From the human T2T-CHM13v2.0 reference genome, Homo sapiens: 64,000 nt of DNA. The stretch is from assembly GCF_009914755.1 (NCBI RefSeq), contig NC_060929.1. One strand, written 5' to 3'. The notes below the pieces were generated by a model. It was not told the origin of the DNA, searched no databases, and saw only the letters and a list, made by a program, of their open reading frames with translations. Shown here in pieces: positions 1 to 19,728 of this stretch. Positions within the stretch are counted from its first letter, which is position 1. The number at the start of each line of letters is the position of its first letter. A program made the translations under genes and the position numbers.

Positions 1-59
1 TCCATTTACCATCATTCTCTGTCATGGCAGGTGAAAGCAAGCTTTTATATAGACAATGT

Positions 60-99
60 TCTACTTAGTTTACAGGGTGTCTACTTAGTTTACAGGGTG
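60..99. repeat. Perfect 20-bp tandem duplication (tctacttagtttacagggtg x2)
   Basis: 60-79 is identical to 80-99. Confidence 0.95.
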
Positions 100-272
100 G
101 ATGTGTGTGGGTTCTGGGATACTAGTGTAAGAAGTAAAGGAATAACTAGCATGGTTCCTGGTGGTGGTTAAATACAAGTGACAGTGAAGTACAGTAAGTT
201 TGTGTGTTGATTCTGTTAATATAACTCAGTTTTTAAAAGATAAAGAGAACTGAAATCACTGTTTGCTTTTAA

Positions 273-653
<381 letters not shown>

Positions 654-812
654 TGAATTAGCAGTCGCTTGTTTCCAAGTAGGGTTGAACTTGGATTTTT
701 TTGAGGAACAATTCACTGACACTTTCACCATATTCAGTAGCTCATTTCGGGATAGGTAAACTCTTAGACGAGACATAAATTTGTCAGATAATTGGTTCTG
801 ATTATTTTAAGA

Positions 813-1350
<538 letters not shown>

Positions 1351-2797
1351 TGAACCACCACATCTGGCCCAGTCACTGAGTTTTAAGTACTTAGATGTTA
1401 AGGTATTTCAGAATATACAAATAGACACTTTAGGTACATTTGAGCATTTGCAGATTGTACAGTCTCCTGCCTTGAAGAGAATTTTTAGTACAAGAGCATA
1501 TGGCAACATTGTATTTTGTATTTTTCCTTCGTTTACATATAAATGTTTTCTTGAAAAGCTGTTTAAAGCAAATATTGGTATAAATCCTGTTGATTTTAGA
1601 GATGCAGTCTGATTGAAAAAACTTTGGCCCTAAGATATATTCAGGATATGGTCCTCTTGAAGTTTCAAAGCACATTTAGCATATAATCCTTAACAAAGCT
1701 GTATAGCTGTTTCAAGAGATGATAGTCACGTGAATAGTCAACACATGTAGTTCTTATATTCAAATATGCAGTTAATTTAGAAGTTAAGACATTGAGTGCT
1801 CATTGCCTGAGATGCTTGAAGAATTAAAGAGAGTAGGATGCTTTTTCCAGGCCCAAAAAGATACAGGTTACCTCCTCTCTTTTTCCAGGGAAAATGTCAA
1901 GTCGTGCTAAGTGCCTAGTGAAGCAGAGATGCCGTAATCTAAAAATATAACTGGGAAATACTAAATTTTTTTGATAACTTTTGCTTTATTTTTAATGTAA
2001 TATTTCACCATTTTTGTTGACTTGAACTGGATTTCAAGTGGAAGCGTAAAAGTTTAGAAAAGAGAATATATTGACCTTTATGAACTGAGAAACATGTGGC
2101 CTGCAATCTTGTTTCTAGATCTAGCTAACCTAGGGTCTGCCTGGATGACTACAGATAATCTCAGTTTATTAATTTGTAGTGGTAGGGATTAATGATGTTT
2201 TCCATCTCACAAGGGGATACTGGGAAATTTTTAGTTACTGTATTCTTAAAGTCTTGTACTTTGAATATGCTAATATTTCGGTCTGCTTGAAACCACTTCT
2301 CAAATCTGGATTCGATTTTCTCCTGGCTTATTTGTCTTCCCATTAAACTATGAGCTCCTTGAGGTCAGAGTCTGTGTTTTATTTCTATATATTCACTGCC
2401 TCACACTGTGCCTGATACCTTTTAGTGCTCTTGAACTGTTTAAATGAATGCATGCATTGCTGAGAACTGCTTATCTGGAAAGTAATAAAGTCTACTATTA
2501 GAGATGTTGGGCTTTTCTTAGTTAGAAAGGAGGAATTAATCACCGTCTGTTCAAACAAAAAGCCTTCATTCTAAAATTGATCCGTTCTTTTAAGAAAGTT
2601 TTTAGAGAAGCTATTTTGATGATGTTTAAAAATCTCTTTAGTTCCTTTGTTAATTTGTTTTCAGATGAACTCCATTAGTTAGACTTGTTGAATATTCCTT
2701 GCAGGTATTAAAAAAAAAAAGTTGTGCTTTGTTCTTTGGATTTGTCCTATTTGGCAAATGTGGATGGAATCTCTTATTTCATACAGGTTTGGGATAA

Positions 2798-3150
<353 letters not shown>

Positions 3151-3638
3151 TGTAAAATCATTCTTGCTAATAAGTCTGACTCACCTCTGTGGGGTAGGCT
3201 AGGATTTGGATCGAGTTTGACGCAGGGTGCGGCAGTAGTATCACCAGCCAAGCCTTATATGCATTTCACCAATTTATGACCTTTCCTCCAAAATCTATAT
3301 TGTAACTCTCCTTCCTAAACAGCTTTCTAAACTACTGCTTTCCGTACTTAACTCTTGGCAACATAAATCATCCTACACTCTGTCCTTTCAACACCAAAAC
3401 CACTTTTATATCTTTTGGGTATTACTGATTTTGAGAATTTCCTATGAAAGCCTCACAAATTTCCTGATTTCTTCTTCTCTATTTTTTTTGAGACAGAGTC
3501 TCACGCTGTTGCCCACGCTGGAGTGCAGTGGCGCCATCTCGGCTCACTGCAACCTCTGCCTCCTGGGTTCAAGCGATTTTCCTGTCTCAGCCTCCTGAGT
3601 AGCTGGTATTACAGGAGCACGTCACCACACTCAGCTAA

Positions 3639-3830
<192 letters not shown>

Positions 3831-4663
3831 TGACTTTTTTTTTTTGAGGCGAGTCTTGCTCTGTCACCCAGGCTGGAGTGCAGTGGTGTAATCTCTGCCC
3901 CTGCGACCTTCGCATCCTGGGTTCAAGCAATTCTCCTGCCTCAGCCTCCCAAGTAGCTGGGACTACAGGCACCTGCCACCATGCCCGGCTAATTTTTATA
4001 TTTTTAGTAGAGACAGAGTTTCACCATGTTGGCCAGGCTGGTCTTGAACTCCTGACCTCAAGCGATCTGCCTGCCTTGGCCTCCCAAAGTGCTGGGATTA
4101 CAGGCGTGAGCCAATGCACTGGCCTAAAGTTTTTTTTCTTAAAGACTAGTGTGATAGTAAAGCTTGCTGTTTTTTTTGTCCTCCAGTTTTTTTTTAGATT
4201 CTTGTTGTACATATGTTTTCTTCAGTATAATATTTTGTCCTGAGGGTTTGAGGTGCTCCTTTTATAAAAGCAGTTTCTTTTTTGGCTGCTGATGGAATTG
4301 CTGCCTTTTCTATTATAGGTTAGTCATTTACTGAGAAATTTAAAGCATTACAAAAATAAAACGTTGATATGGGGAGGAATTAGGGGTAGGGTGGGTGTAC
4401 TTTTGAAAAGATTCATTGTAGAATTCCTTAAAACAGCAAGGCTTCTAGCATCCTAGTGGTATGGTATAAATGAGGTGGACTCATGCAGTTTTTGTTGTTG
4501 TTGTTTGAGACAGGTCTTGCTCTGTCACCCAGGCTGAAGTGCAGGGGCACGATCACGGCTCACTGCAGCCTTGACTTTCCAGGCTCAAGCAGTCCTCCTG
4601 CCTCAGCCTCCTGAGCCTCCTGACTATCTGGGACTACAGGTGCGCACCACCACACCTGGTTAA

Positions 4664-4846
<183 letters not shown>

Positions 4847-6589
4847 TAGTAGAGTCGAGGTTTCTCCATGTTGGTCAGGCTGGTCTTGAACTCCCCACCC
4901 CAGGTGATCTGCCTGCCTTGGCCTCCCAAAGTGCTGGGATTACAGGTGTGAGCCACTGCGCCTGGCCCACCTGGCTAATTTAAAAAATTATTTGTAGAGA
5001 GAGAGTTTTACTATGTTTCCCAGGCTGGTCTTGAACTCCTGAACTCAAGTGACCCTCCTGCCTCAGCCTCCCAAAGTGTTGGGGTTACAGGTGTGAGCCA
5101 CTGTACCTAGCTGTACAGTTTTTGAACTGCTTTTTAGTAAGGTTTTCATCTTTACCTTTGAATCCTCTACTAGAGTTGCCCATAGACTAGGAGAGGAGAC
5201 ACACATTGCAGCCCAATGTTACGATGGTTTTTCAGAACAAAATGTTCTGAAATATGGAAGAAGGACTGCTAACTCTGCCTGGGGAAAGTTGAATATTCAT
5301 TGAAAAAGTGGTGTTTGAACTTAGTTTTGAAGATTAGTGAAGGAGGCATTCTAGTACAGCTGAAGTATAAAAGATGTGTAGTGTGGGGTTGGGTATGAGA
5401 TGGTTTGAGCTAAGGCAGAGGTGGGAGGGAGAATGGAAGAGGAGGAAACTGATGTGTAAGATTTAGGAGGAAATAGCTTTTTTTGCTTTCACTTTGTCCT
5501 CTAATTCTCTTCAGTCTGTTCTATGCTGTCAGGTCTCCAGTCTCTTTTCCCTGTAGCTCCCTGTACCTCTGACTTTGGTTGATTGGTTTTTTCCCCTAGT
5601 GTTCCATTTTTCTTTTAGTCCCACCTTTTCTAATGTGTTGGTACTAAAGTACCTTTCATTCTGACTCTATTTGTCTCTTGCGTTTATTTCACCTCCCACC
5701 CTCCCTCCCTCTCTCTCTTTATTCCCTTTGGGTTATATTTCTTTCCTTTTCTTTTCCTTTTTCTTCTTCTTCTTTTTTTTTTTTTTTAAAGACAGGATGG
5801 TGCAGTGGCACAGTCATGGTTCACTGCAGCCTTGACCTGGGGCTCAAGTGATCCTCCCACCTCAGCCTCACGAGTAGCTGAGACTACAGGTGTGTGCCAC
5901 CATGCCCAGCTAATTTTTTTTGTAGAGACAGGGTTTCCCCACATTGCCCAGGCTGGTCTTAAACTCCAGGGCTCAAGCCACCCACCCACCTTGGCGTCCC
6001 AAAATGTGCGATTACAGGCGTGACCAACCGCACCTGGCCCCTTTGGGTTTCTCTTTGCCCCTACCTTTCCTTTTTATTTGCTTTATTTTATTTTTTATTT
6101 TTTTTGAGATGGGGTTTTGCTGTGTTGCCCAAGCTGGCCTCAAACTCCCGGTGTCAAACAATCCCATCTCAGCCTCCTGAGTAGCTCAGGCTGCAGGCGT
6201 GTGCCACCTCTCATTATCTTTTATTTAAAAGCAAAACAAAATAAATTCTTGCGCACTATCTGCTTATTTTACATGTAAATAGCAAAATAAGCTGATTCCC
6301 TCTTGGGAAATCTTGTAAGATCAACTAGCTTTTGATACCTGTTCAAAGACTAATTATCCATTTCTGTGAATTTCTTTTTATGAAACATTTTCCTTTGTAT
6401 TCAAAGATGCTACTTCTTCAAAGGCCACAGTGTAGAATGTGACTGCCTATGTGCCCTGTTTTCTATTTCTTATGCACCTACAAATTGTTTGATAACAAAG
6501 TCCAATTCACCTTTTTCCTAAAGCTTTTCCAAACTTTCCCAGGTAGTAGTATTCTCGGTAGTTGTCTATTATTTTGTAAACACCTCTTT

Positions 6590-7375
6590 TTAAAATTCAG
6601 CTTTATTGAATTATAATTTATGTAAAAGAAAATTCAACCAATTTTGAGTTTTGACAAACACATGCTGTCGTCTAACCACTGTTATATCTCTAACATTTTT
6701 ATCACCACAGAAAGTTCCTCATGCCCCTTTTGTTCAGTTCTCCTGCACTCGCCCTTGGCTCCAGTCACTGATTTGCTTTGTATCACTATTGTTTTGTCTT
6801 CTCTGAAATTTCATATAAATCTTTTGGTAGAATGTGTTGTCTTTTGAGTCTGACTTCTTTTAGTTAACATTGATTTTGAGATACTCATATTGTGTCGTAT
6901 ATTCATTGAATCTTTTTTTTTTTTTTTTTTTTTTTTTGAGACAGGGTCTCATTCTGTTGCCCAGGCTGAGTGCAGTGGCGTGATAATGGCTCATTGTATC
7001 CTTGACCTCCTGGGCTAGAGTGATCCTCCTTCCTCAGCCTCACGAGTGTCTGGGACTACAGGTGCCATCATCATGCCTGATTAATTTTTGATTTTTTGCA
7101 GAGATGGGGTTTTGTCATGTTTCCCAGGCTCGTCTGGAACTTTTGGTTGCAAGCAGTCCTCCTGCCTTAGCCTCCCAAAGTACTGGGATTACAGGTGTGA
7201 GCCACCTTTCTCAGCCTGAGCCACCGTGCTCGGCCTGAGCCTTTGTCATTGTATGGACATACCACAATTTATCTGTTTATCAGTGGGTAGACATTTGCAT
7301 TGCTTCCAGATTTTAGGCTATTATAAATAAAATGGCTTTAAATATTCATGTACAAGTCTTTTAGATATCTCTTTT
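6590..7375 (-). mobile_element. Old L1M 3' fragment interrupted by an Alu
   Basis: cagctttattga..., gagttttgacaaa, tggacataccacaattt, tgggtagacattt: typical reverse-complement L1M 3' motifs. Confidence 0.65.
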
Positions 7376-7916
7376 AACATTCATTACATTTTATTTGGAA
7401 GTTGAGTTGCAGAGCTGTCAAGACTGAACACCCAACATTCATAAATAGGCATTTTGCTAGTTCTGTGGTTTTGAGCATCTTTCAGCTTAGATTCATAATC
7501 TGTAAAATGGGACTGGGTGGAGATTCAAGCAAGCTAGAGAGCACAGGCCAATTTAAAGAGGATACCTCTTTTTAGTTCAAGTGATCATCTTTCTGGGAAT
7601 GTATACCCAATGTCAGATCTAATTTTTTCCCCCAAAAGAGTGGTATTTGAGATCAGACATCAAATTTTATATGAAATTTCATGTGAAATTTAAATACTGG
7701 TAGTTACAATTTAAAAAACACTAATGCAACTGATTTGCAACTGAACACAACTGATTTGTGGGCGTTGATTTCTCACTGCAGTACAGTTTGAGACCTTGGC
7801 TTTAAATCTTCAGTTAATTGGCCGGGTGCCGTGGCTCACACCTGTAATCCCAGCACTTTGGGAGGCTGAGGCGGGTGGATCAAGAAGAGGTCAGGAGATC
7901 GAGACCATCTTGGCTA

Positions 7917-8174
<258 letters not shown>

Positions 8175-8878
8175 TTAGGTCCTTTTTACCTTAGTTTTAT
8201 TAGCATAATAACTTGCTGGTTGTCAAAATTCCCAAGTTAAAAACTAACGAGTTACTGTAAATTTTATTCTTTTGTCTGATTGGAAGGATATTAAGAATAC
8301 TGACTGCCTGATGGAGGAGTGGAACTAGGTTCAGGTTACTCTATGTACTTCTCCTTCTCTGATAGCTGCTGATTATATTCAGTGCTATGTTTTCTCAGCA
8401 GTTGGAATAATCTGCCTCACTTGTTTGATTTATCTCAACACTTTTGAGACAAGTATGGTATAAACTCTGTGTGTCTCTTTATTAGAAACTATGCAAGGTG
8501 TTACAGATATACATACAAATTTTATATGACTCTGTTTCATATGGCTCAGATTGTCCAGAGCCATTTGGTGAAGCCAGTATAATGAACTATGAAAAAGTGA
8601 TAAATTATATGTAATTGTTTGAACAATAAAGAGCAATAATCTTTCTAAAGAGGCCTTTTCCCCTTTATCTGCCATTTCTTTATTGTGTATAGAGATGACT
8701 AGTTTGCAGCTTTATGAATGACTTTGTGAGTCCAGAGATTCTTTTGCTGATTAAACCAGCATAATTGACATACACCCTCATAAACCTGGGGGCAAGGGTG
8801 TTAAGTGTCGTGTGTTGCCTGAGTATCCCATATTCACCCTGGTTCTAGCTTGGTGGAATGTGGAATTTAGACAATTTA

Positions 8879-9337
<459 letters not shown>

Positions 9338-11482
9338 TTATTTTATTGTGAATCACAATATCCCCACAAAATAATGGGGAATTCTTGCATTTATACATAA
9401 AGTAAGGCAGATGAGAGTCTGGAATGAAATTCTTTTTTTTAAATATATTTCTTTTTTTTTTGAGACAGAGTCTCACTCAGTTACCCAGGCTGGAGTGCAG
9501 TGCCGCAATCTCTACCTCCCGGGTTCAAGCAATTCCCCCATCTCAGCCTCCTGAATACCTGGGATTACATGTGCGCCACCACACCCAGCTAATTTTTGTA
9601 TTGTTAGTAGAGATGGGGTTTCACCATGTTGGCCAGGCTGGTCTCGAACTCCTGGCCTCAAGTGATCCACCCAGCTTGGCCTCCCAAAGTGCAGGGATTA
9701 CAGGCGTGAGCCACCATGCCTGGCCATGAAATTCAAAATATTCACTCACAATGCATAACCTTTTACCTAGAGTTTGTTCCTCATAAAGCAAGCTTTTTAG
9801 GAATGTTAGAGCCAAAGTGGCACCGAGCTTTTCTCAGTGTTAAAAGAGATGACTGCAAAACCATGTTCAAATAACCTCTGTACTGGCTATTATGTAGTTT
9901 ATGCTGGTGGTATAGCCTGCTTCACAGTAGGAAGGAATTTGAATATATCTCTAGTATATTTCATGCTGCTTTTGAAAAGGTGCCAAATCTGAGAAAGGAG
10001 GAAGGAAACAATTTTTTTTTTTTTTGAGACGGAATCTCTCTTGTAGTCTAGGCTGGAATGCAGTGGCGTGATCTCGGCTTACTGTAATCCCGAGTTCAAG
10101 CGATTCTCATGCCTCAGCCTCCTGAGCAGCTGGGACTACAGGTGTGTGCCACCACGCCTAACTAATTTTTGTCTTTTCAGTAGAGATGGTTTCGCCATGT
10201 TGGCCAGGCTGGTCTTGAACTCCTGATCTCAAGTGGTCTGTCTACCTTGGCCTCCCAAAGTGCTGGGATTATAGGCAGTGAACCACTGTACCTTGCCCCT
10301 ACAGTAAATTTTGAAGAAGAGTTCAAATCCTTGCTAACAACAGCATCAAAGTTGTTACAGTGTGTGAAGAATGTGTGGTGTCACTGGAATCCTGCTGTGT
10401 GCTCCAGTGCATTCTCACTTGCACCACTGCCTGTTTTTATGCCGCTGCCATTAATTGTACTGTTCTCTTTTTAACATTTTATAGATTTCTGCAGAACAGC
10501 TTAGAAAACAAAGTGATTCTTTAAAACTAAAATCTTTAACATCCTGCATAAAATATTTTGTTTTACTATGGTGAGTTTATCTTCCTGCTTTGTAGTTTAA
10601 AATATTAAAATAAAATAATGACGAGGGAGAGAACAATATAACATGCATCGGTCCAGTGCCTGAATTCAGTTGATTTAAATTAAATTTAATTCTACTTCTT
10701 CCTCTGTCCTCTCTTCCCTAGATAATAATTACATCAGGTCTTTAAAATGGACTAAAATTTAAATATCACTCTTCTTGGAAATTAAAAAAAATTCAGGAGT
10801 ACAATTTTTCATATTTTTACTATATGATACTACAGTGGTTCAAGACTCAATTTAACAAACTAAGATGCTTTGGAGCACATAAACGATGCTCAATAAATAT
10901 ATATTGAATAATTGACTTTTTTGTAATGTCCTCATTGTGAAGAGCACCACACCTTTGATTCCTTATCCAGAAGGACATGTGGTCTTAGGGGATTTTCCCA
11001 TTCATTTTCAGCCATCTCTTGTGTGGATGACTGCTCGGAAGGGCATTGCATTTGGCACTGTAGTGAAATAGATGTGAGATATGATGGTCATTCTCAAAGA
11101 TGTCACAGTCTGGTAGTGGAAGCAAGGGAATAGGAGAGAAGATGAAAAATATGAGCTAAGACATGAAGGTCAGTCTCACTACTGGAAGTTCTTAGTGGAG
11201 TAAAGTGGGATTGTAACTATCTTGAGGATTAGGGGAAATGGTAAAATCAGTCTAATATTAGACTTAAGAGTAGTGGAAGACAGAGTTGGAAAGATAGTGT
11301 CATTGTGTATGAGTATTTTTGTTTGTTTGTTTGAGATGGAGTTTTGCTTTTGTTGCCCAAGCTGGAGTGCAGCGCCATGATCTCGCATCACTGCAACCTC
11401 CGCCTCCTGGGTTCAAACGATTCTCCTTCGTCAGCCTTCTGAATAGCTGGGATTACAGGTGTGAGCCACCACGCCCAGCTAA

Positions 11483-11674
<192 letters not shown>

Positions 11675-11855
11675 TAGGCTCAAGTGATCCTCCTGCCTCA
11701 GCCTCCCAAAGTGCTGGGATTACAGGTATGAGCCACTTGTGTCTGGCCTAAGGTCTGAGTAGTTTGGACATTATCCAAGAAATGTATGGGAGTTGCTGAT
11801 GACTTTGGAGCACAGTGTTAATATGACGTGTGGTAGGTTAGAAAGAATAATTTTA

Positions 11856-12164
<309 letters not shown>

Positions 12165-13883
12165 TTATTTTAATAATTTTCATTAATTTTTAATAATTAT
12201 TAAATTTAAAATTTTTCCTTTTTTTTTAAGAGACAGAGTCTCACACTGTTGCCCAGGCTGAAGTGCAGTGGCACAATCATAGCTCACTACAGTCTTGAAC
12301 TCCTGAGCTCAAGCCATCCTCTTGACTCAGCCTCCTGAGTAGCTAGGACTATAGGCATGTGCCACCATGCCTAATTTTTTTATCCCTTTTTTTTTTTAAG
12401 ACAGTGTCTTGCTCTGTCGCCCAGGCTGGAGTGCAGTGGCGCAATCTGGGCTCACTGCAAGCTCTGCCTCCCGGGTTCATGCCATTCTCCTGCCTCAGCC
12501 TCCTGAGTAGCTGTGACTACAGGCACTGGCCACCACGCCCGGCTAATTTTTTTTGTTTATTAGTAGAGACGAGGTTTCACCGTGTTAGCCAGGATGGTCT
12601 CCATCTCCTGACCTCGTGATCTGCCTGCCTTGGCCTCCTAAAGTGCTGGGATTACAGGCGTGAGTCACTGTACCTAGCTGCCTGGCTGATTTTTACTTTT
12701 TTTTTTTTTTTTTGTAGAGACAGGGTCTCACAATGTTTCCAAGACCAGTCTCAAACTCCTGGCCTCAATTAATCCTCCTGCCTCGGCTTCCCAAAGTGCT
12801 AGGATTATTGGCATAAGAATAATTTTAAAATGGGGCATAAGAACTCAAGAGAGGGAGAGGAGGATAGAGACAGGAAGACTGTAGGGTAAATATTAGAATG
12901 GTAAATATAAGATGATGAGGACCAAGTAAGGGTTGAAAAAGAGGGAAGGGCAAAGTCAAACAGATGCATTTGTGCTCAGTACAAGGTAAGTGATCTGTAC
13001 ATCTTTGTTAAAAAGAATTGGTATGATTCAACAAAATGAGTAGGGGAGGAGAATTTAAAGAGTGAAGGCTGAAATCAGCCTTCTATCCCTGAAAGTCAGA
13101 GAGTGATAGTATTGACAGAATAGGAATGTTTGGATGGGGAGATGGCATGTTGTATCTGCAGTGATGGAATGTGAACATGGAGATATCCACATCTCAGATG
13201 ATAGAGCTCACGCATGCACATGTTTAGGTTCAAAATGTAGATTTGCGAGTCTTTTAGAAATGATCTCTGAGGCCCAAAGAGTAGAGATAGTCTTTGTAAC
13301 AATAGGTTTGCTTGGAGGCATCCATTTACTGAATGACCTTGGACAAATCTCTTACCCTTGCTGTACTTTTTATTTATTGATGTAAAAAGGGTTGGACAGG
13401 GACTGGGGGATAGTGGTTATCCTGATACCAAGACTATATTACCTAGATGTTTTATCAAAATACTGGTCCTTGTTACTTCACCAAGTTGTTTTATTAAATG
13501 ACAGGGTTTAGAAATGTACTTTAATCTGTAAACAGCTACACAGATACATACAAACTGAATATTTTGTCCCCAGTGGTAATCAAAGTTGGCTGGGATTAGA
13601 AATGCATTCTCTGGTTCTGTCTAAAATTGTTCCATGCTCTTATTCTTGTGCTCTGAACAACTTAATTGACAGATACCAAGGCTGCAGAAAGCCTCCAATA
13701 CCTTGCAATTGATAGTTTTCAGAAATAAAAAGTAGTCCTTCCCATTCAACTCAGATTAATCCAGAAACTTGCTTTAATAGTCTTTTTAGGGCCGGGCGCA
13801 GTGGCTTACGCCTGTAATCCCAGCACTTTGGGAGGCCGAGGCGGGCGGATCACGAGGTCAGGAGATCGAGACCATCCTGGCTA

Positions 13884-14184
<301 letters not shown>

Positions 14185-14259
14185 TCACCGGAGTTCAGGA
14201 GTTTGAGACCAACGTGACCAACATGGTGAAAACCCACCTCTACTAAAAATACAAAATTA

Positions 14260-14403
<144 letters not shown>

Positions 14404-14712
14404 TCAAAAAAAAAAAAAAAAGGCTTCTTCCTTATTGGTTCCCAAAGAGCTTTGACTAAGCTCCCATATGTTGTCCCTGTAACCCAAAGATTAAAGTTGG
14501 ATAGGAGCCTTTGGAAAGGAATTGAACAAAATTGTAACTGAGAGTTCTTCTGTCTTCCTCTAACATGGCATTCTAAGAAGAGATCACTTTTGAGATTTAG
14601 TATATCCTCTTTGCTTTTTAAGATTTTCAGTAAAAGGTGGTTTTATTTTGTTTAATTACATTTTTTGTGGCAGACCTAATTCACCTCCCATATTTTATTT
14701 TTTATTTTTTAA

Positions 14713-15037
<325 letters not shown>

Positions 15038-15799
15038 TAAAAACTCTCCGAATGTGAGGATAAAAGACTATTACATTGATCAGGTATACAGAGTTTGCAA
15101 GGTGGTATGGCAAAAGGATCACAGATTCTTACAAGGTCATTATAAGTACTGCTTTGGCTAGGAAAATGATCTTTTTTCACCCAATCTGAGGGAAAAGATA
15201 CACTTTCTTCCTTACTTTCCTCTTTTCCCATTGTCCTTCCTTAAAGACTAGCAGCAGCAGAATTTGGAAAATAAATAATGGGCATGTTTTGCTAATAATC
15301 ATGACAAACTATAATAATCTGTTTTGAATTTTACTTGCCTGTTTCTAAATTTTGGAGTCTAGAGAACTGCTATCAAAGGGTAAAATATAGTGATTCACCT
15401 GCAGTTTTGGTTACAGGTTTCATATTACATAATAAAGGGAGAACTTGAGCCCCACCTTTCCCCCAGTGTATTCCTTGCATAGGCAACCTCTGCTGCTTAA
15501 ATGTTTTGGAGACTTTGGGATGTCTGATTTCAACTGTACCGTGAAACAGGTAGTGGCTTGACTTAGTAAGCATCTGAAGGACTGTTTTGTTCTACTCTTG
15601 CAGAGTAGAGTAGTTTTCAAAAGGAAAGGAAAGGAATTGTTGAGTGGGACCTATGAAGTATAGCAGGATGGATAGAATATGAGGCAGATGGGTCCTAGTT
15701 TGCTAAAGAGCTTGGGCCATCTGATAAGTTGTCTTTCTTGCCAAACAAGGGAGTCACGTGGGGTATACACATTGTATAAGCTTTTCAGTCACCGAGGTT

Positions 15800-15970
15800 G
15801 CCTGTCCTTCCTGCCTCCCTGTTTCGTTGCCTCCTTGCCTCCCTTCCTCACTTCCCTTCCTTTCCCACCTCCCTGTCCACACCCCTTCCTTCCCCTGCCT
15901 CTCTTCGTTTCCCTTTCCTTCATTCTTTCCTGCCCTCCTGCCTACTTCCCTGCCTCCTTTCCTTTACCTC
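15800..15970. repeat. CT-rich low-complexity tract
   Basis: (CCTT/CCTG/CCCT)n-like polypyrimidine run. Confidence 0.9.
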
Positions 15971-15971
15971 T

Positions 15972-16474
15972 TGTCTTAGTCTATTTTCTGTTGCTGTAAC
16001 CACAGATTGGATAATGGATAATTTTAAAGAAAAGAGATTTATCGCTGGGCGTGGTGGCTTATGCTTCAAATCCCAGCATTTTGGGAGGCCGAGGCAGGAG
16101 GATCGCTTGAGCCCATGAATTCGAGACCAACCTGGGCAACATAATAAGACCCCATCTCTACAAAAAAAAAAAAAAAAAAAAAAGTAATTAAGTAAAAGAA
16201 AAGAGATTTATTTGGCTCATGATTCTGAAGACTGGAAAGTCCAAGAACATGACACTGGCATCTGTTGAGGGTCATCCCATAGTAAAAGGTGAGAGGATGA
16301 GAGCACGTGAGACAGAGGAAGTTGAGCTGAATTCATTTTTTCTATCAAGAGCCCACTCCTGTGTCCAGTGATAATGTCATTGATACCTACCTCTTAAAGG
16401 GTCCACCTTCCAATACTGTTAGGATGGCATTTAAATTTCAAACATGTTTTGGAGGGGACATTCAAACCGTAGCA
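15972..16474. mobile_element. MaLR solo LTR (MST-like) with an inserted monomeric Alu (FLAM-like, ~16044-16183)
   Basis: tgtcttagtctatttt start, ttggctcatgattctg, ggaggggacattcaaaccgtagca end. The FLAM has a 17-bp TSD aaagaaaagagatttat (16026-16042, 16195-16211). Confidence 0.8.
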
Positions 16475-17387
16475 TCTTCCTTGCCTGTCTTCCTTTCTTT
16501 CCTTTCTTCCTCTTTCAACTTTACTGAGGATTAAGTCTTAGGAGAAATGATTTATTTAAATTAGAGGTCATGGCCAGGCATCAGTGTCTCGCACCTGTAA
16601 TCCCAACACTTTAGGAGGACAAGATGGGTGGATCACCTGAGGTCAGGAGTTTGAGACCAGCCTGGCCAACATGGTGAAAACCGGTCTTTACTAAAAATAC
16701 AAAAAAATTAGCCAGGCGTGGTGGTGCTGCATGCCTGTAATCCCAGCTACTCAGGAGGCTGAGGCACAGCAATCGCTTGAATCCAGGAGGTGGAGGTTGC
16801 AGTGAGCTGAGATTGCACCACTGCATTCCAGCCTGGGGGACACAGTCAGTCTCAAAAAAAAAAAAAAAAAAAGAGAGTGTTTAGAACAGTTTCTGCCTCT
16901 TAGAATTGTGGATCTGGAACAGTTTAAAGACAACAGAGAGAGGAACAAGACCTCTGGTCACATGAAAGAAATGAGCATGAACCAGCAAAGATTAGGAAGG
17001 ATCAAAGTAGACCATAGTATATTAACTACATAGCAGTATAAATTTATTGGCTTTTTTTTTTTTTTGAGACAGTGTCTCACTCTGTAGCCCAGGCTACAGT
17101 GCAGTGGCACAATCTCGGCTCACTATAACCTCTGCCTCCCAGGTTCAAGCGATTCTCCTGCCTCAGCCTCCTAAGTAACTGGGATTACAGGCGCCCGCCA
17201 CCATGTCCAGCTAATTTTTTGTATTTTTAGTAGAGACGGGGTTTCACCATATTGGCCAGGCTAGTCTCGAACTCCTGAACTCGACTAATTCGCCTGCCTT
17301 GGCTTCCCAAAGTGCTAGAATTACAGGATGGGCCACTGTGCCTGGCCTGTATTCAGGCATTTCTTACCTAAAAAACGTAAAAAAAAT

Positions 17388-18365
<978 letters not shown>

Positions 18366-18610
18366 AAAAATGTTTTAACATTTACTGTGATGAATGTTAG
18401 ATGATTCGGAAGAGCTACTTACTGTTGTGAGGAACCAGTTTCCTTAAGTTACTAAAAGGGGGCTTAAGCCAGTTCCATATAAAACAAGAGCTGCAGGGAT
18501 TCTGGCCATCATATACAACATCTCCTTATTCATAAAATACTCTCATTTACAAAAAGGTTTATGTATTTATTATTATTAATGTATAATAAATATATATTTA
18601 TTATTCGTAA

Positions 18611-19029
<419 letters not shown>

Positions 19030-19401
19030 TGAACACATGACTTGAATTAGATGCCTTTAGGGAGGCCTAAGTCATAGGTCTAGAAAAAGTGACTGACCTT
19101 CTTTCTCATAGGAATCAGGGGAGAGAATTAGGGCAATGATTATGACTACATACCAGTTGTAGGACGACGGCATGAGGTCACATAAGGAGAGACTGCACAA
19201 GAACAGGCCTTTGGCAGGAACAGGGAGCAATCTAGTTATACTGTAGCACTGAATTGAAAAGCATAGTTAACTGTTTCTAGGTGGGCACTTGACATTGTTT
19301 CCTAGGTTAGACCAGTGAGCTGGGAACGACAGCCCACTGGAGGGGAGAGTGCAGCAAAGATCCAGAAAATGTGAATTATAGTCAGTTTATTAATCTAATT
19401 A

Positions 19402-19569
<168 letters not shown>

Positions 19570-19728
19570 TTAAAAAAAAAAAAAAAAAAGGAAATTAATA
19601 CAATGTACCACTGTAACCCTCTAGCCCAGACAATGTGCTGACTTCAGAAGGCAAATTCAGTGTAAATTGACTGTTTACCAATATAAGAAGTGACACTGCT
19701 TCTGGACTGAATTAGATCAAGGATAGGA

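Noticed and set aside
7662-7691. AT-rich palindromic 11-mer repeats (atgaaatttcat)
   Set aside because: Low complexity, probably within an old DNA-transposon remnant; expected by chance.
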